A DNA stretch of 32,000 nucleotides, taken from positions 30,001 to 62,000 of the forward strand of contig NZ_CP076228.1 in the NCBI RefSeq assembly GCF_021378375.1, given 5' to 3'. The position numbers were made by a program, and so were the translations under genes. Position 1 is the first letter of the stretch; each line of letters begins with the position of its first letter. The DNA is from Wolbachia endosymbiont of Drosophila innubila. GTDB taxonomy: Bacteria > Pseudomonadota > Alphaproteobacteria > Rickettsiales > Anaplasmataceae. Under the pieces are notes generated by a model, which saw nothing but the letters and a program-made list of their open reading frames with translations, searched no databases and was not told the DNA's origin. This document shows positions 28,378 through 32,000 of this stretch, piece after piece.

Positions 28378-30894
28378 ATGAAATATGATTTTAAAAGTGT
28401 TGAAAAATTTTATCAAGATAAATGGGATTTTTCTGTAAGCAAGAGTGGTAAACAAGAAAAGTGTTACGTGTTGGAAATGTTTCCATATCCATCTGGTAAA
28501 ATTCATATGGGACACTTACGTAACTATGCAATAGGGGATGTGATAGCGCGTTACAAGAGAGCTAATGGATTTGAGGTTTTGCATCCAATTGGCTGGGATG
28601 CGTTTGGATTACCAGCTGAGAATGCAGCAAGGGATAACAATATTAGCCCCGAAACATGGACAAAAGAGAATATAGATAATATGCGTACACAGTTGAAATC
28701 TATAGGTCTTTCTTATAATTGGGAGCGTGAACTCTCCACATGTGAACCTGACTATTATAAACACGAACAAAAATTTTTCCTGGATTTTTTAAAGCATGGG
28801 CTTGCCTATCGAAAAGAGTCATGGGTTAACTGGGATCCAGTGGACCAAACAGTGCTTGCAAATGAACAGGTGGTTGATGGAAAAGGATGGCGATCAGGTG
28901 CAGTTGTTGAAAAACGTAAGTTGTCCCAATGGTTTTTAAAGATTACTGATTTCGCTGAAGATTTACTCAAGTGCCTGCAAAGTTTGAAAAATTGGCCAGA
29001 AAAAGTCAAAACAATGCAGGAGCGTTGGATAGGAAAATCTGAAGGAGCAACTATAGAGTTTGAAGTAGTTGGCCTGAATAAGAAATTAAAAGTTTTTACA
29101 ACTTATCCTCATACTTTGTTTGGGGCTTCTTTTTGTGCAGTGGCAGCAGAGCATCCTATTGTGCAGGATTTAAAGAATGGTTCTTCTGTTGTCATCCCAG
29201 TGCTTGACACTGGGATCCAGGAAATAAAATCAAAAAGAGAGAACGATGAAAAAATAGGAGTTTACACCGGATTAAACGTCAAACATCCATTTCTTGATAA
29301 GGAATTGCCGCTTTACATAGCGAATTTTGTGTTGATGGAATATGGGGAAGGCGCGATTTTTGGTTGCCCTGCACATGATCAGCGTGACTTTGAATTTGCA
29401 CAGAAATATAATTTGCCGATAATTCCCGTTATTTCTTCAGCCCACTTAGGTGTCATTCCAGCGCGTGACCAGAATTCTTACAATGGATCCCAGTGTCAAG
29501 CTACTCAGATGACAAAGGAGGCGTATACTGGAGACGGGACAATGTTTAACTCCGAATTCTTAAACGGATTAATGGTTAGTGAAGCAAAGGAAGCCATAGT
29601 TAAAAAATTTGAAGAAAAAAAAATAGGCAAAAAAACAATAAACTATCGTTTGCACGATTGGGGAGTTTCAAGGCAGCGTTATTGGGGATGCCCTATACCT
29701 ATCATATATTGCAAAGATTGCGGAACTGTTCCAGTGCCAGAAAAAGACCTTCCTGTAGTTCTACCAATAGATGTAGAATTTACAAGTGGTGGCAATCCGC
29801 TGGATAAGCACCCAACTTGGAAATTTGTTGATTGTCCAAAGTGCGGAAAGCAAGCAGAGCGTGAAACTGATACATTCGACACCTTTTTTGAATCTTCCTG
29901 GTATTTTGCTGCATTCTGTAGTGAAGATAAATCAATAGACAAAGATGCATGTAATCGTTTTATGCCTGTTGATTATTATATAGGTGGGATAGAACATGCA
30001 ATTCTGCATTTGCTTTATTCAAGATTTTTCTGCCGTGCTTTAACCAAATGTGGCTATTTTGATATTAAAGAGCCTTTCTCTACTTTAATCACTCAAGGAA
30101 TGGTCTGCCATGCAACTTATAAAGACGAAAATGGTAAGTGGCTATTTCCCGCAGAAGCAAAAGAATTAATAGCGCGAGGTGCAAAAGTTCAAGTGGGCAA
30201 AGTTGAAAAAATGAGCAAATCGAAAAAGAATACAGTTGACCCAAACTTTATCATAGAAAAGTATGGTGCTGATACTGCTCGCTTGTTTGTGTTGTCCGAC
30301 ACTCCTCCGGAGAAAGATATGGAATGGTCCGATGATGGCGTGGAAGGTTGTTCTCGTTATGTAAATAAATTGTGGCGTATGGTCATGCAGCTAAGACCTG
30401 TAAATATACACTATGATAATGAAAATGTTACGGGTGGACTTCTGGAGTACAGAAAAAAAATTCATAAACTCTTACACGGACTTACAGATGACTTGGAAAA
30501 CTGCAGATTAAACTGTGTAGTGGCAAAATTTCGTGAGATGACGAATTTAATAGCTGAAATAGACGTAAAAACTGGAAAATCTCTTATTGATGAAGGTATA
30601 TGTATATTAATCAGAGTAATCGAACCATTCATACCACATCTAGCTGAAAGCCTATGGCAAGAAATAGGAGGTCAACCTTGGCCAAAAGCTGATGAATCAT
30701 TATTAGTTGACGATACGGTAACTATAGCAGTGCAAATCAATGGAAAATTACGTACAACAATCAAGGTGGCAATTAACTTACCTCAAGAAGAATTGAAGAA
30801 AATAGCGATAGACTCTGTGTCCAGTAAGATCGATCAAAGCAAAGTTCGCACTGTATATGCTGTACCAAATAAGATAGTAAATATAGTTATATAA
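28378..30894 (+). CDS. leuS: Leucyl-tRNA synthetase
   Basis: [56 protein letters not shown]. Confidence 0.97.
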   Translation: MKYDFKSVEKFYQDKWDFSVSKSGKQEKCYVLEMFPYPSGKIHMGHLRNYAIGDVIARYKRANGFEVLHPIGWDAFGLPAENAARDNNISPETWTKENIDNMRTQLKSIGLSYNWERELSTCEPDYYKHEQKFFLDFLKHGLAYRKESWVNWDPVDQTVLANEQVVDGKGWRSGAVVEKRKLSQWFLKITDFAEDLLKCLQSLKNWPEKVKTMQERWIGKSEGATIEFEVVGLNKKLKVFTTYPHTLFGASFCAVAAEHPIVQDLKNGSSVVIPVLDTGIQEIKSKRENDEKIGVYTGLNVKHPFLDKELPLYIANFVLMEYGEGAIFGCPAHDQRDFEFAQKYNLPIIPVISSAHLGVIPARDQNSYNGSQCQATQMTKEAYTGDGTMFNSEFLNGLMVSEAKEAIVKKFEEKKIGKKTINYRLHDWGVSRQRYWGCPIPIIYCKDCGTVPVPEKDLPVVLPIDVEFTSGGNPLDKHPTWKFVDCPKCGKQAERETDTFDTFFESSWYFAAFCSEDKSIDKDACNRFMPVDYYIGGIEHAILHLLYSRFFCRALTKCGYFDIKEPFSTLITQGMVCHATYKDENGKWLFPAEAKELIARGAKVQVGKVEKMSKSKKNTVDPNFIIEKYGADTARLFVLSDTPPEKDMEWSDDGVEGCSRYVNKLWRMVMQLRPVNIHYDNENVTGGLLEYRKKIHKLLHGLTDDLENCRLNCVVAKFREMTNLIAEIDVKTGKSLIDEGICILIRVIEPFIPHLAESLWQEIGGQPWPKADESLLVDDTVTIAVQINGKLRTTIKVAINLPQEELKKIAIDSVSSKIDQSKVRTVYAVPNKIVNIVI

Positions 30895-31022
30895 AAGACC
30901 TGAGTAGTACGTTTTATATAATCTGATTTTATGGCTATACTTTTTTTGACATGTAGTTATATCTTTTTTAATATAAAGGATATATACTTATGCATTATAT
31001 ATTTTTTTGTATGAGGAGTTAT

Positions 31023-31658
31023 ATGAAAATAAAGAGATTGTGCGTTTTGGCTGTGTTGCTTACTTCATCTCTAGCAGGTGCAGCTAGTAATAGTGCAAGT
31101 AAGTCAGAAGATAAGTACTATGCAGGTTTAAACTTTGGTGCTGGTTGGGGTGGTGGCTTTAAAATGAAACCTGGTGTTGTTCTTGGTTACCATTATGACC
31201 AAAACTCTAAATTTGAACTTGAGGTTCTCAGTAATATTAAGTCATTAAAGAGCATAGGAGCTAGCTTATTGGCAAACTACCGCTTCTATCCTGACCTTGA
31301 TATTGATCCCGTTAAACTATATGTCAGCGGAGGTTTAGGAGGATATCTCCAAATAACACCTTTTGGCTTTGGTGTTAGTGATACAGTTGATGGTGATGGC
31401 AATAGTTCACAAGAAGAAAAAGAAAAGGAAGAAGAAACACAAGGTGCTCCAGAATCAGGTGGTGAAGCTGCTGGTTCATCTGTAGTAGATAAAATACTGA
31501 GTTCTATTTCCTATAAACTAAAGTTAGGTGTTGATTATGAAATTACTCCGCAGATAATTGGTGCAGTTGGTATGACCATGGGTGGGCAACTAAGTGGTAT
31601 AAAAGCAAAACAAATACCAGATGCAACTCTAGAGATAGGGGTACGTTATAATTTTTAA
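31023..31658 (+). CDS. Outer membrane beta-barrel protein with signal peptide
   Basis: MKIKRLCVLAVLLTSSLAGAAS leader; alternating strands; terminal ATLEIGVRYNF; acidic insertion QEEKEKEEETQGAPESGGE. Confidence 0.8.
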   Translation: MKIKRLCVLAVLLTSSLAGAASNSASKSEDKYYAGLNFGAGWGGGFKMKPGVVLGYHYDQNSKFELEVLSNIKSLKSIGASLLANYRFYPDLDIDPVKLYVSGGLGGYLQITPFGFGVSDTVDGDGNSSQEEKEKEEETQGAPESGGEAAGSSVVDKILSSISYKLKLGVDYEITPQIIGAVGMTMGGQLSGIKAKQIPDATLEIGVRYNF

Positions 31659-31916
31659 TGCTGCTACTTAGTTCATAAAGGTAGAGACGATGTTGAGGAT
31701 GAAATAAACAGCATTAAAAAAAATCCGAAAACGTATTTTCGAATATGGTTTTGAACGCTAGCTATAGATTAGAAAAATAACAAGAAAAAGGGTAAACATA
31801 CTGTAATTGCTGTTGAATGATGGAGTCCATTATTTTAGCACGAAGTAACGAATTCAGTAGAATAAGTTCTTCAAAAATAATTTAAACTTTTATTAGTAGG
31901 AGCAGTCTCATGGAAT

Positions 31917-32000
31917 ATTATAGCGATCTCACTAAAAGAAACTTTTATAAGTATCGTTGATGAGAAAGGAAAAATTGTTAAGGAAGAAGTTGTTGCAAGA
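31917..32000 (+). pseudogene. IS110-family-like transposase N-terminal fragment, cut by the window edge
   Basis: Translation IIAISLKETFISIVDEKGKIVKEEVVAR resembles the IS110 N-terminal GLDVSLKET...VDEKGKIV; no clear start in this frame. Confidence 0.5.

Overview
AT-rich alphaproteobacterial endosymbiont chromosome, almost certainly Wolbachia judging by gene content, ankyrin genes, dense mobile-element debris and short palindromic repeats. Housekeeping genes: serS, purD, prs, gatC, tolB, RNase J, dnaJ, tRNA-Arg(ACG), pepA, MFS transporter, ihfA-like, MerR-like, NlpD-like lipoprotein, leuS, outer-membrane barrel protein. Accessory parts: (1) a Ulp1/C48-type protease with a polybasic tail and C-terminal CCIM (CaaX-like), whose reading frame has an in-frame amber near a potential upstream start; (2) a decayed gene of 48-aa ankyrin-like repeats interrupted by a 1917-bp group II intron in antisense orientation; (3) a roughly 6.1-kb nested mobile-element region (about 16.4-22.6 kb): a 912-bp IS5-family copy inside a second group II intron, itself inside an Rpn/PD-(D/E)XK gene remnant, beside IS4-like and IS66-like remnants and bounded by a short inverted GTATCCGTTCAG sequence; (4) a membrane protein with a PPxY motif; (5) an intradiol-dioxygenase-like secreted protein with apparently altered iron ligands, next to a leucyl aminopeptidase carrying a similar signal-peptide-like leader; (6) palindromic repeats apparently embedded in frame in the leuS editing region. 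No CRISPR array or complete novel defence system was recognised. Family calls are from motif recognition only; no searches were run.
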